A stretch of DNA of 64,000 nucleotides from Guillardia theta CCMP2712 (lineage: Eukaryota; Protista; Cryptophyta). The translations under genes were made by a program, and so were the position numbers. The notes below the pieces were generated by a model. That model saw only the letters and a list, made by a program, of their open reading frames with translations. It searched no databases and was not told the origin of the DNA. Below, one piece after another: positions 42,998-53,593 of this stretch. How positions within the stretch are numbered: the stretch's first letter is position 1; the number at the start of each line of letters is the position of its first letter. Location of the stretch: the NCBI RefSeq assembly GCF_000315625.1, contig NW_005434660.1:104023-168022 (forward strand), read 5' to 3'.

Positions 42998-44357
42998 TTA
43001 AAGATGCGTGCTCTTCATCTCCTCTACCCACCTCTTGACCACGCTGGTAAGGTGCGACAACCTGTCGTCTGCGCTGACCCGTAACTTTCTCATGAAGACG
43101 ATGGACTCCCTCGCCATTCTATCTTCTAAGTCCTCACGCCCTTTAGCGTGCATGGCAGGCGGGAGAAATCTGTTCTTGTACTGCCGGAAGTCCTCCAAGG
43201 AAGCCAGGTCGAAGACGATGGTGTACCCGAACTGTCTGCCTTGCTGATCAAAGCTCTTGTGTAGATTGCACTTGAGATACAAGGTGCGCTTCTCGCCATA
43301 TCTATCGCTCGTGGCTACTCTCATGTACCACACTGCCTCCTTGCTGAACGAAGCGAACAAGACTGACGTCCAGGCAACCAGGACCTCGTACTCGCTCATG
43401 GAGTGCACAATGTCATGGCAGAAGAAGCGAGAAAGGATCTCTGAGTGGTGATAGCCCAGCAAGTCCGCCACGTCATCGCCTATCCTCATCCTCCTGCAGT
43501 GTAAGTTGGAGTCGAACTCGACTGACAACCATCTACCATGTCCCCATCTTCTGTCGCTGGCAATCTGGTCGAAGCAATCCTCTGTCTCATCAAACTGCCA
43601 CCGCGCAGCATCGTTCTGTTGCCAGAAGTTGCTCAATCTCCCCAGCTCTTGCTGCTGAGTGAGAATCTGCTTAAAGCCAGGGTTGCTTTTCAAGTTTGAC
43701 ACCATCACCTTGCGCACCAAATCGACGGCGTCGTCCATGGCCACTTTGAGGTCAAGTGGAAGAATCCTGAAGGCCTTGTAAAGCACCGACACATCGAACC
43801 CCAACTCCCATAGAGGACGTACAATCGTGATGTTTACTCCGCTCTGCACCGATGCGTCTTTCAAGGAGCGAAGCGACGCGTCCTGTTCCTGGAGGTCCTG
43901 GAAAAATGCTTCTCTCAGGCTGTGGATTGTTGTTGATAGCGAGACATTTCTTGATTCCGACAAGCACTTGTCGCTCGTTCCTGCAACCACGCACATCGCG
44001 CACGGCCTAACATCGCTACACTTCCTCTTCTTCAGCTTGCACTCTGAGCAGGAGTTGGAGATGTACTTGGAGCGCTTCTTGCGAACAGCCGGTGCATTCA
44101 TCACCACGCCGGCGTTGACATGCTGCGGTTCGACGTACATAGCACCCGAGGGAGAAGAGCCCGCGGAAACATCCGGCGAGACGATTTCAAAGGTCCTGGC
44201 GAGGTTCTGTGCAGCTTCATGGTTGAAGTTTGACAGCCTTTCTGCCATTAGACGGCACCACTCGTCGTCATCTGCAGCCATGAGCCTCAGACTCACGAAA
44301 CATGGGTCGCATGTGCTTACCCACGAAATGCCTCTTCTCGCCGGCGTTGGCTGACAT
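42998..44357 (-). CDS. Zn(II)2Cys6 binuclear-cluster transcription factor with a possible C-terminal PAS-like region
   Basis: CSECKLKKRKCSDVRPCAMCVVAGTSDKC; short first exon MSANAGEKRHFV and GTAAG...CAG intron at about 44272-44320; DVADLLGYHHSEIL. Confidence 0.8.
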
Positions 44358-45015
44358 GCTGGGTCCTGATCAACCCTCGCCTACCAACCGTGAAGGAGAT
44401 CCTCTAACAGCCAAGGGACGATAAACGACTAACTGTGCAGGTATTAATGCGGCAAGCACGAGCAGAAATAGGCGGAGCAAGGAAATTGTGATGCGCTCGC
44501 TGCAAACAACAAATTTCTGAAAGCTCAGGGAATGATGAGGAAGTTGGAGAGATATGAGGTTGGGAGAAAGGCAAACGAGAAGAAGGAGAAGCAAAGATGA
44601 AGGTATCAATAGTATTTCAGATATAGCTTGAGTGACGAAAAGTCACGGAAAGAAGCAAAAACCGCTCACTCATCGCTAGGCGAAGGAAAACAGACAAGGA
44701 AGAGGCAAGGGCAAAGGGAAGATGGTCTGAGAAGAGATAAAGACGGAGGGGAGAGAGTTGAGCAAGAAGAAGACGACTAGAAGATAGGGGAGCACAGCAG
44801 TGGTCAGGTGAAACCACCGACGAACCATGGAGGAGTACGATAGGAATAGGTGAACAATGAAGGAGAGGATATGCAAGGAGAGGAAGAAAGAGCATGGAGA
44901 GAGGAAGAAAGCGTCAAGTGGAGGGGATGTGGCTAGCATTGAAGACAAGTGTGGGTCGCATTGTTCCTTCCACTCCCATCCCTCTCTCCCCCATTTCGTT
45001 CCTCAGTTTTACCAC

Positions 45016-45054
45016 TTTACTCAAAGTTAAGTTAAAAATCAGTACGAGGACAAT
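45016..45054 (+). repeat. 39-bp core element, exact copy with TSD-like flanks
   Basis: Flanked by TTTTACCACT (45007-45016, overlapping the first T) and TGTTACCACT (45055-45064). Confidence 0.95.
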
Positions 45055-45269
45055 TGTTACCACTATCGATTTTAAAACCGATGTCTCAGGTGTTGTTCGA
45101 GAAGGGATATCCACGATAATTGCTGCCCTTAATAATACTCGTTAAATCAGATGAGGGGGGCTCGACTTGTATAGGAGACGAATAAAAGTTTTAAATTACA
45201 AAAAAGATCCACTTTCTTCCTCGGCCCGGCCGGGGCCCGGCCGGGCCAATTGAGGCACCCCAACACCGT

Positions 45270-45305
45270 TTTACTCAAAGTTAAGTTAAAAATCAGTACG
45301 AGGAC
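45270..45305 (+). repeat. 39-bp core element, 36-bp copy immediately upstream of the HAD gene ATG
   Basis: TTTACTCAAAGTTAAGTTAAAAATCAGTACGAGGAC. Confidence 0.95.
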
Positions 45306-45311
45306 TCCTGC

Positions 45312-47580
45312 ATGCCCTCATGCGGCGCTGGGAGTAGGAGAGGGAGCAGCGCTCCTGTTGCTCTTTGTTGTCGGTCGACCCTTGCTTCCTCCTCGTCCGA
45401 CTTCCTCCTATATCTCCTCCTCTCCCTCCTCTCCCTCCTCTTCCTTCTTCCCGAGGTCGAGTCGTTCGACGACTTCACCCGCTTCCCCACGTCCAATTTT
45501 TTCAAAGGGCGAAGCACAACTTTGCTGCAGTCCTTCACCAAGACAAGACGACGCGAACCTCCTTCTCCGTGAGTGTATACTGCTTCTTCCGTCTGTCCCT
45601 CGATTCTTAATCGCTCTTTGGACAATGCGTAACGAGTGTCTTAGGGTACCTGTCTCTGCCGATATGTCTACGCTGGAGAAAGATCTCTTTGGCGACCGGA
45701 AGATCAGGATCAAGAGAATGTCGGAAATTTCTGACAAGTATGATGCCTTCATTCTTGATCAGTATGGCGTAATGCACAACGGAGCCATACCGCTTCCAGG
45801 AGCCCTGGAATGCTTTGAATCTCTGTAAGCAGCACTTGATGATTGGAAGAAGACGATAGATGATTCTTGCCGAACAGGAAGAAGGCGGGAAAGAGAATTG
45901 CCATATTGTCAAATACAAGCCGAAGGTCCAAAGACGCTCTGAAGAAGTTGCGAGGTGAGATCTGAGCGCAGACAGGATTTATGACTCAGAGGCCTGCAGC
46001 ATTGGGGTTTCAGCTTGATAGCGAGGAGTCAGTCATCACAAGGTTCGGCTTCCTTGTAAGACATCTTTTCTGCATCGATGACATTAAGAGACAGCGGCGA
46101 AGAATGTTGGAAGCACATGAACGAGGTCTCCCTGCCCTTGCACAGCCGAGAACCTGACGTGTTGGGAAGAGGATGAATGGCAAGTCCTGTGTGTACTTGA
46201 CATGGAAACGAGAAGTGAAGCCGGCGCTGCTTCAAAGCTTCTTGTCACCTTGTGGAGCAGGTTGAGGATGATGATAAATTTCTCGACGGGCTGAACATTT
46301 CAACGAGTGATGTTTCAACCGCCGATTTCATCTTGTGATTCATGGCTTGCTGTCGTGACGCTGTTGATCTGATCTGTTCGACAGATGCCACGGAAGTGAG
46401 ATCATTGTGGAGAATTCTTCATCATCCCCTGTAGAGACAGGATTCATCGAGCACGGAAACGTCCTCCTTGCTTATCAGAAGGTCACACGAAACTTTCACA
46501 CCTCACCAACCCTTTGCAACAAGTGGAGACCGACTGAGCAACATCAATTTATCGCAGGTCTTAGCAGTAGCACTCAACCGTGGATTGGAAATGTTGGTTG
46601 CAAACGCTGATTACAGGCATGCTAATAATTCTTCCAACCAGACAAGTGCTACTATGTTGCGCTCACCCTTGCTGCTACATCTTTGTCTATTTTTCCCTGT
46701 TATTGCCTCGTCCCTTCTTTAGAACTTACCTTGTACCTCCTCCCTGTCCCTTGTACCTCCTCCCTGTCCCAACCTCTGCATCCCCACTGAACTCTTCCTT
46801 ACGTGCTTGCTTGTCTTCTCCATGCCCCTCTTCCATTCGCTCTGCCCCATTCTCTGTCTCTCCGCGCCCATCCTCTTTTCTTGCACTTGAGCTCCCTGTT
46901 TTGCCCTCACACCTTCGACTTCCAGTGCCGTCCTTCCCGATGGTTCGTTGGGGCATATGCCAGGTTTGATCGGGCAGCAGTACCAGCTCATGGGGGGAAA
47001 GGTGATAACTCTTTCTTTCCTTTCCTCTCCTTCTCCTTCCATCCCCTCCTCCTTCCCTGACCCTTTTCTCTTCTCCCTACCTTTCCTCCCTGTCTCTTCT
47101 GTCTTCTTCTTCTAACCCGAGTGAAGGTGAAATGGTTTGGTAAACCTCACTCTGAGCATTTCCAAGCATGCTTGAAAACTTTCGGCGAGGACATCAAGTA
47201 CACTCGGGTGGTAGGATGGAGCAGCCCAGCATGCCTCCTGCTGCTGATGAAAGTCTCAGGTGCACGTCGGGGACTCTCTTGACCACGACATCCAAGGAGC
47301 AGCAGATGCAAACCTTGACTCCGTCTTCATCCTGGGAGGAGTGCATGTGATGGGCTACCCTTGCTGCCGCTCTCCGCCGCTCATAGTGTGTCAGGCTCAA
47401 GAGGTCGGCTTGACGACCGGTAAGGATGGCTTGACCACGGGGGAACAGGATGAGGAGAAGGTGGGATCGAGATCAGGTCACTTGTGCAGAGTGATGTACT
47501 CACAGTCATGATAGATCAACAAGCTCCTTGCTGATGAAGGATGCCACCCCAAGTGGATTCTGGAGAAATTCGTTTGGTAA
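45312..47580 (+). CDS. HAD-superfamily hydrolase (subfamily IIA-like) with a putative plastid leader
   Basis: YDAFILDQYGVMHNG..PLPGA, ILSNTSR, ANAD...HMPG, FGKPH, HVGDSLDHDIQGA; hydrophobic leader ending VES-F. Confidence 0.85.
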
Positions 47581-48439
47581 TGAAGATCAGATGGTATTGA
47601 TCCTGGTTCCGAAGTTCAGTACTCTTAAAGTTGATTTGCACGGTTTGTCAGAACTTGGCGTATCTAGTCCATTTGCACGTACCGTACTGTACTAGTACCG
47701 TAGCGGCGGCGCCGTAGCGGCGGCGGCGCCGACACTCGCCTTCCGGACTCCGGGGCCGAATCATCGGTCTACTAGGCTAGTACCCGGGCGGCCCGACGGT
47801 CTCAGTTGGGACTCACAGAGTCAAGCGTCTCAGTAGTGAGCCTGAAGTTTTTAGTACCGTAGTACGGGCCCGGCTTCCGACTCGCCGGGACTCGGGAGCC
47901 CGGAGTCCGAGGCCGGACGGTCCGGAGGCGGTCATCCGATCGGATCCGAGTCGGAGTATCCGATCGGGATGCGCTTGCATGATGCGGGGGTAGGTACTTA
48001 AGATTTGGTTGAGTTAAAAAGCATGATGGGTACTATGCACATCCAGGATCCTTATTTGAACTTAGTGCAACACATATATGATAGAGGAATCTGGGCTGAT
48101 AATCCATGGATGAAAAGAAATTCGGGGGTAGGGGTAGGTAATAATAGGGTGGGGGGTCAGTGTTGAAAATAGAAGAACGGGTTGTAGTCGGAAATGCCAG
48201 AAGGAAAGAACAAACCAGATGGCAAAGGATGGCAGCGGGGGCGTTGAGATACGCGATCTTGAAAGGAGAAGAATGTAGATGAGCATCTTCGAAGAAAATT
48301 TCCTTGCATCTTGAAGTGTTATTCCTCGAAGCTCTCCATCCATCGACATCGGCGTTGACATTCAGGACTGCCGCAATTGTTGTGCTGCTGTAGTCTCATA
48401 CAACATTGACAACTTTCGTTGGGTAGCATGGCCGACAAG

Positions 48440-50299
48440 GGTATGAATGATCATCATGGTTCTGAGGAAACTGAAACATGTATCCCGAATCATCAGCAGA
48501 ACATGGAAAACCAGATTCGCCCATTGATATCTGCACATGGATGGGATTTTGTACCCCAAAGAAGGGCCAGTCGGTGAATTATCCTCTTGTATGTGGGGAA
48601 GTAAACATTGTGACTGGCGTTCGTAGGATTTGAATGGCAAGTTCAACTCAAGGCAAGCCGGAATAGGAGTGATTCTGGGCCTGAACGCAAACAACTCCCT
48701 CTTCATTCATACGGTCGAAAAAAATCCTGGCTAACTCTATCCAAAGTTTGTGACGGATGTGTTGACAGGTCTGCCCAAAGGGCAGCTCCGACGGATATCT
48801 GAGGAAAGGAGACATCTTGATTGCCATAGGTTGTGATGTGCCTGCGAAGAGGATCTGTGTGAAAGATGCTGCAGAGAATGAAGATGTGTCAAGCAAGTCT
48901 GCTTCGAGTGTTGCGAATCTTCTACTCGGCCCCGAGGGTAGCCAAATTGACATCACAGTCATGAGAGGCAGCGATGGTTCTGTACATGATCAAGAATTCC
49001 TTTCCTTCTGCCTCACAAGGAAGAAAACCGACGCCGCTACTGCGAGGTATACGATAGCTTCGAGCATTCTTCTTGTCATGTTACGACGTGCAGGCATGCG
49101 ATACGCAAAGCTGTCAATGAAAGAAACCTTGCCTACAAATCATAATCTAGTTCTTAATTTAGATGTGAATGGTTTCATCAAGAGGCAAGTGTTGTTCAAG
49201 TGGAGGAAACCTGTTCCGCGGACTTCAAATCATGTCCAGGACAAGTGAAGTCCTGAATATTTCATGGTTGTTTGAATGTTTCAGAAAATACTTGAACACA
49301 CAGGACAACCAAGGCCTTCAAAACTGTTTTAATACTACAAGCTCAGAAATAATGACACAACGTCCTAACGTGTTCGTGTTGAATTGTACAAATCATTCTC
49401 TTGCTAATAAACATAAATCTATGCAGGCCTTGTTTCGAACTAACCTTGAGCTTGCATCTCGAAAGTTTGACCGCATGTGAAGATCTTTCATGCTGGCTTT
49501 CAAATCACCGATATGCATATCACGGCTGCTCAGTTTGCCAAGAGCTTGTTCGATCTCTGCATGTTCCACCTCCGACTGCCAACGTGTGACAGCCAGTGAA
49601 CAGGTATATCTTAGGAACTCATCCCCAATAAAGTGCCTTTCCACTCCCCGCGCATCGCATTCTGCATTTGAGCAGGCCTTTTCTCCCTGACAGCAACATT
49701 GTTGGGGAGATTCCGATCGTTTTCCGTTTCTCATGATCCCGCAGTCACGACCAAGGGGGTCGTTGTAGATCTTCATATTCGGCATCGGGCAGCAGCGCAA
49801 GTATGTGATCGACTGACCTACGGCCTTGCTAGGGTTTGAACCTCTGCAATTAGACGCTCCACCAGAGGAAAAGTCTTGACTGTACTTCTGAATAGTTTGC
49901 ATGCCTTCTGAGCTCAGACCGCACCAAACGTGTTCGACGGGCTTTCACAACAGCACACCATCTAACAGCTTCAATCAGTGTCTAGATCCAGTCAAGTGTT
50001 TCCAGGTTCCAGACTCTTGAAAAGCCAACAAACCGCTGCAAGCGATTTACGACCCTCAAAGAAAAATTGGTTGCAGGAAAAATTTGTTCGCAACCAAAGG
50101 TTTGACTTCGAGATCCCCCCCAGCAAATACAACAGCCTCCTTTAAGACTGAAAGCAGTCGGCTCAAACAAAATTCAAGACAGTCAGCAGAAAAAGTCGCT
50201 CAGGAGGACTTGCCGCTTTCTGACTTCTCACTTGCAGCCACCACAAGCGAAAGGCAGCTCACGTACACCCCGATCCACAGGACTCAGCAAACCTCTTAG
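48440..50299 (+). CDS. PDZ-domain protein (multi-exon, start uncertain)
   Basis: AGIGVIL...LRKGDILIAI...VANLLLGPEGSQIDITVMR. Confidence 0.55.
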
Positions 50300-51913
50300 C
50301 TTACGACGGAGGAACAGATCAAGAGAGATGGTGAGGGGGAGGAGGAGAGAGGAGGATGCAGGGGCGATCACTACAAATCGAGGCTGCGGCTACACCATGC
50401 ACTCCTGGCCTCATCTGAAGCACCTCCCCTCTTCTTTGTACCACCCCCACCCACCCCAAGCAAACCAGCTACTCTACAACCACCCTACTCGAAATCGACC
50501 TCTTGGGAGCATGTTAACTCCGTTTTCAGCAGGGTACCCAGTAGCTGCTTATTTCATATCATGTCAATTGAAATATGCATTCAAGACAGGTCAGGATTGT
50601 AGCTCCTCTGCAGGGGCCTCCACTCACCCCAGTACTGAATAGCACCCCCCCACCCCCACCGTTTAGCCCTATTAAGCAGATCACCCCCACCCCTCTGGTA
50701 GCCTCCATGGGCAGACGAATCCACCGGTGACCGTCTTAAAATTGTAAAACCAAACTTGTTGCGGAGTTCTTTCAAATACGTACCTGTTCTGAAACATACC
50801 TATCCACCACCCCCTACAAGACATCCCGTTGTGTACCCCCACCCCTTGTTTTCCATCCAACATCATACGCAAAACTGTGCCACTCATTTTCTAACCAGGT
50901 ACCACTACCCCCTTAGTAAAACATGTTATTAGACACCTGTTCGCCCTTCTGTGGTCACGAGGGGCTCCATTCTGTCTTAAAGGAGCAGAAGACCACTACC
51001 CCCTCTAAACGCTAAAATCTTTCTACATACCCGGTGCTCTCTACAGATTTCTCTGGGAAACATTACCGGTTCTTTTTGCAAAGGAACCAAGGGTGCATTT
51101 CCTGGGGAGATTGGAGGAGATTCCAGAAGATAACGGCTTCCCGCCGGCCTCCATTTGCTATAAGTGTATTTTAGCAATAACAACAAAATTAAACTAGTAC
51201 GCAAGTAGTTTTAAAAGTCGGGGTCGCGGTATCCTGTGACCACTCCGGCAATATGACGGACATATTGGTTTCACACCATTTTGAACGCCCGGCCGCTAGG
51301 AGACACTCAAAGACCTCGGATCATGTAGTAAGTCTGTGATGAAAAGGAATTATTTCGAACTCCTATATGTCCAAAAGGTGTGTTTTAATGATCACGACCT
51401 TGTGTTGTATCGAACTGGTCACGTGGCCCGTAATAAATTTCCCCTTGTTCATAACCAGCGTAACGGTGTAACGGCGGTTTCCATCGCAATGACTGCCACA
51501 ACTGTAACCGTCCATGGTTGTTGTAACGATACGTACAACGTCCCAGCTTCTGGTCCCGCAGCTAACGACTCTCCCTCCCTCCCTCCCTGCCTAGTAACGC
51601 CTCCCTCCCTCCCTCCCTCCCTGCGTACTTCACTCCGTCCCTGCGTACTTCCCTCCGTCGTCCCTCCCTCCCTTCCTCCTCCCTTTCATGTGCTTGCAGT
51701 ATAGTTGTACATCATTGGGGTAAAGTGGGAAGATCGGGATGCAGATGGCTATCCATACCTGCTAGGGCAAGAAATTTCTCCTTCCTACCAGGGCTGATAT
51801 ACAAAACTCATGAGAATGCCCGAAGATGAAATCCTTTGATTGAATTCCTTTGACTCCGTCGGGAATTCGGAGGAAAGTCCGTGCTTGACGTCCTCTCTTT
51901 GAGGAACGTAGGA

Positions 51914-52417
51914 ATGGCGATGCCCAGCGCATGCAGCGGGTGTGGTATCATCTTGAACAGACTCGCGACAGACGAATCGCACTGCAGTATGCACGACATG
52001 TACGCCCTCAATGGTTTCTTCACCTGTTGTGTGTGTGCGAGGAATGGCGGTTGGCAATTCTTTGAGAGCAGTGCCTGCGCCTCCTGCAAGTCAAGAGCTG
52101 AACATATTCATCTGCAGAAGGAGCACAGCGTTGCCGCGCCTGCTAATCCTGTCAAGGAGTATCCTTCACTCTCCAAGCTGAGGGAGAACTCCTTGACGCC
52201 CCTTGCGCGTCAGGAACGATTCGAGCACATGCAGGCTAGGGTCCGCCAGAAGGTGATGGAGAAGCTGAACCCCAGGAAAGACACGGAAGTCATAAGCACC
52301 AGGAGGACTTCCAGTATGGGCTCAAACATGAGCTCGACGTCGTCGAGGAGAAGGGCTCGACGACTGAAAGCCCTCACACCAGATAAACGAGGGGAGCAGA
52401 GTGACTCTAGCGCTTGA
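51914..52417 (+). CDS. Small hypothetical protein with an N-terminal Cys/His cluster (possible zinc finger) and a basic tail
   Basis: CSGC...CSMH...CCVC...CASC in a single ORF. Confidence 0.55.
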   Translation: MAMPSACSGCGIILNRLATDESHCSMHDMYALNGFFTCCVCARNGGWQFFESSACASCKSRAEHIHLQKEHSVAAPANPVKEYPSLSKLRENSLTPLARQERFEHMQARVRQKVMEKLNPRKDTEVISTRRTSSMGSNMSSTSSRRRARRLKALTPDKRGEQSDSSA

Positions 52418-52859
52418 GATCCCGGAGACGAATTAGCTGTAGCAAATGCGTTGCCAGCTGAGTGTGTTTTCCTCAAGTTGTACTTCTACACTGAGTAATC
52501 TCGAGTTGTACTTGTTGATGTACACTGAGTGATCTCAAGTTGCACTTCTTGTCTTGTACACTGAGCCGACTGAAGTCTCGAAATCTAGTGGAATATTTTA
52601 CTCTATTGGAATATTTTACTCACAATCACTTGAGTAATAATGTACGTGTCAGCCTCACGCGATGAGGGGCTGGGGAGGGCGAGGTGACATGGGGCGGTGA
52701 GGAGGAGGCGGAGCGAGAGAGGAGGAGGAGGAGGAGAGAGGTGAAAACTATGAGGAGAGCCGAGATCTGCAACGACGTCCACCTGCTGTCAGGCAAGCAA
52801 GGCCATCAGTAGACTTGTTCTCTTCCTGAGCATCAGGAGATTGGTTCCTTCCATCCATC

Positions 52860-53516
52860 ATGTCGGTTCAGCAGATGTCTCGCAGAGATGCTGCAGACAT
52901 TCTTGGAATCCGTGAAGACGCTTCTGTGAGAGCGATCAAGATGGCATACCGCAAACTGGCGATCAAATGGCACCCGGACAAGAACCCGGGGGACGAGGAC
53001 GCGACCGCGATGTTCCAGATGATCGGCAACGCGTACGAGACCCTCTGCAGGGAGCGGCAGATCGTGTGTGAGTTCTTCTCCTCGGAGGACTTCCTGTACG
53101 CGGCAGACGAGGGAGACTTGGAGGAGGTGCAGGCGCTGCTCGAGGCAGACGTGGACATCTTCACTACCAACAAGTGGGCGTTCACGGCGCTCCACAAGGC
53201 GGCCCAGAGGGGGCACTGGAGGATCTGTGAGGTCCTGTGCTCCCATCCTGCTGGGCCGAACCTGGTGAAGAAGCAGATCAGGCTAGGGGGGAGCACAGCC
53301 CTGCATCTGGCAGCGGAGAAGGGGCACTTCAGGGTGATCGAAGTGCTCCTGCGCTGCTGCTCCTCTCCTGATTTCATCAACACCAAGGACAGGAACACCG
53401 GCATGTCGGCCATGCAGATCGCGCAAGATCGGTTGGCAAAGAGCATCAAGTATGGAGGGAACGTGGGGTCAGACCAGATGGTCGTCGACCTGCTGCAGAG
53501 ATATGGAGCTGAGTGA
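52860..53516 (+). CDS. DnaJ (J-domain) plus ankyrin-repeat protein
   Basis: ILGI...IKMAYRKLAIKWHPDKN...FQMIGNAYETL; TALHKAA and TALHLAA ankyrin repeats; intronless. Confidence 0.9.
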   Translation: MSVQQMSRRDAADILGIREDASVRAIKMAYRKLAIKWHPDKNPGDEDATAMFQMIGNAYETLCRERQIVCEFFSSEDFLYAADEGDLEEVQALLEADVDIFTTNKWAFTALHKAAQRGHWRICEVLCSHPAGPNLVKKQIRLGGSTALHLAAEKGHFRVIEVLLRCCSSPDFINTKDRNTGMSAMQIAQDRLAKSIKYGGNVGSDQMVVDLLQRYGAE

Positions 53517-53593
53517 AGCTGACGAGGTGGAGGAAAGGAGGAAATGGGCAGGGGGAGGAGGCGGAGGAAGAGCTCTTGTTTCCAGCTACGCTT

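Noticed and set aside
44894-45330. ORFs sharing the peptide LLKVKLKISTRT
   Set aside because: This is simply the translation of the 39-bp DNA element, not a protein family.
51455-51600. Scattered GTAAC(G) words and ORF 51336-51704
   Set aside because: Too short and irregular to define an array, and the ORF has no motif support.
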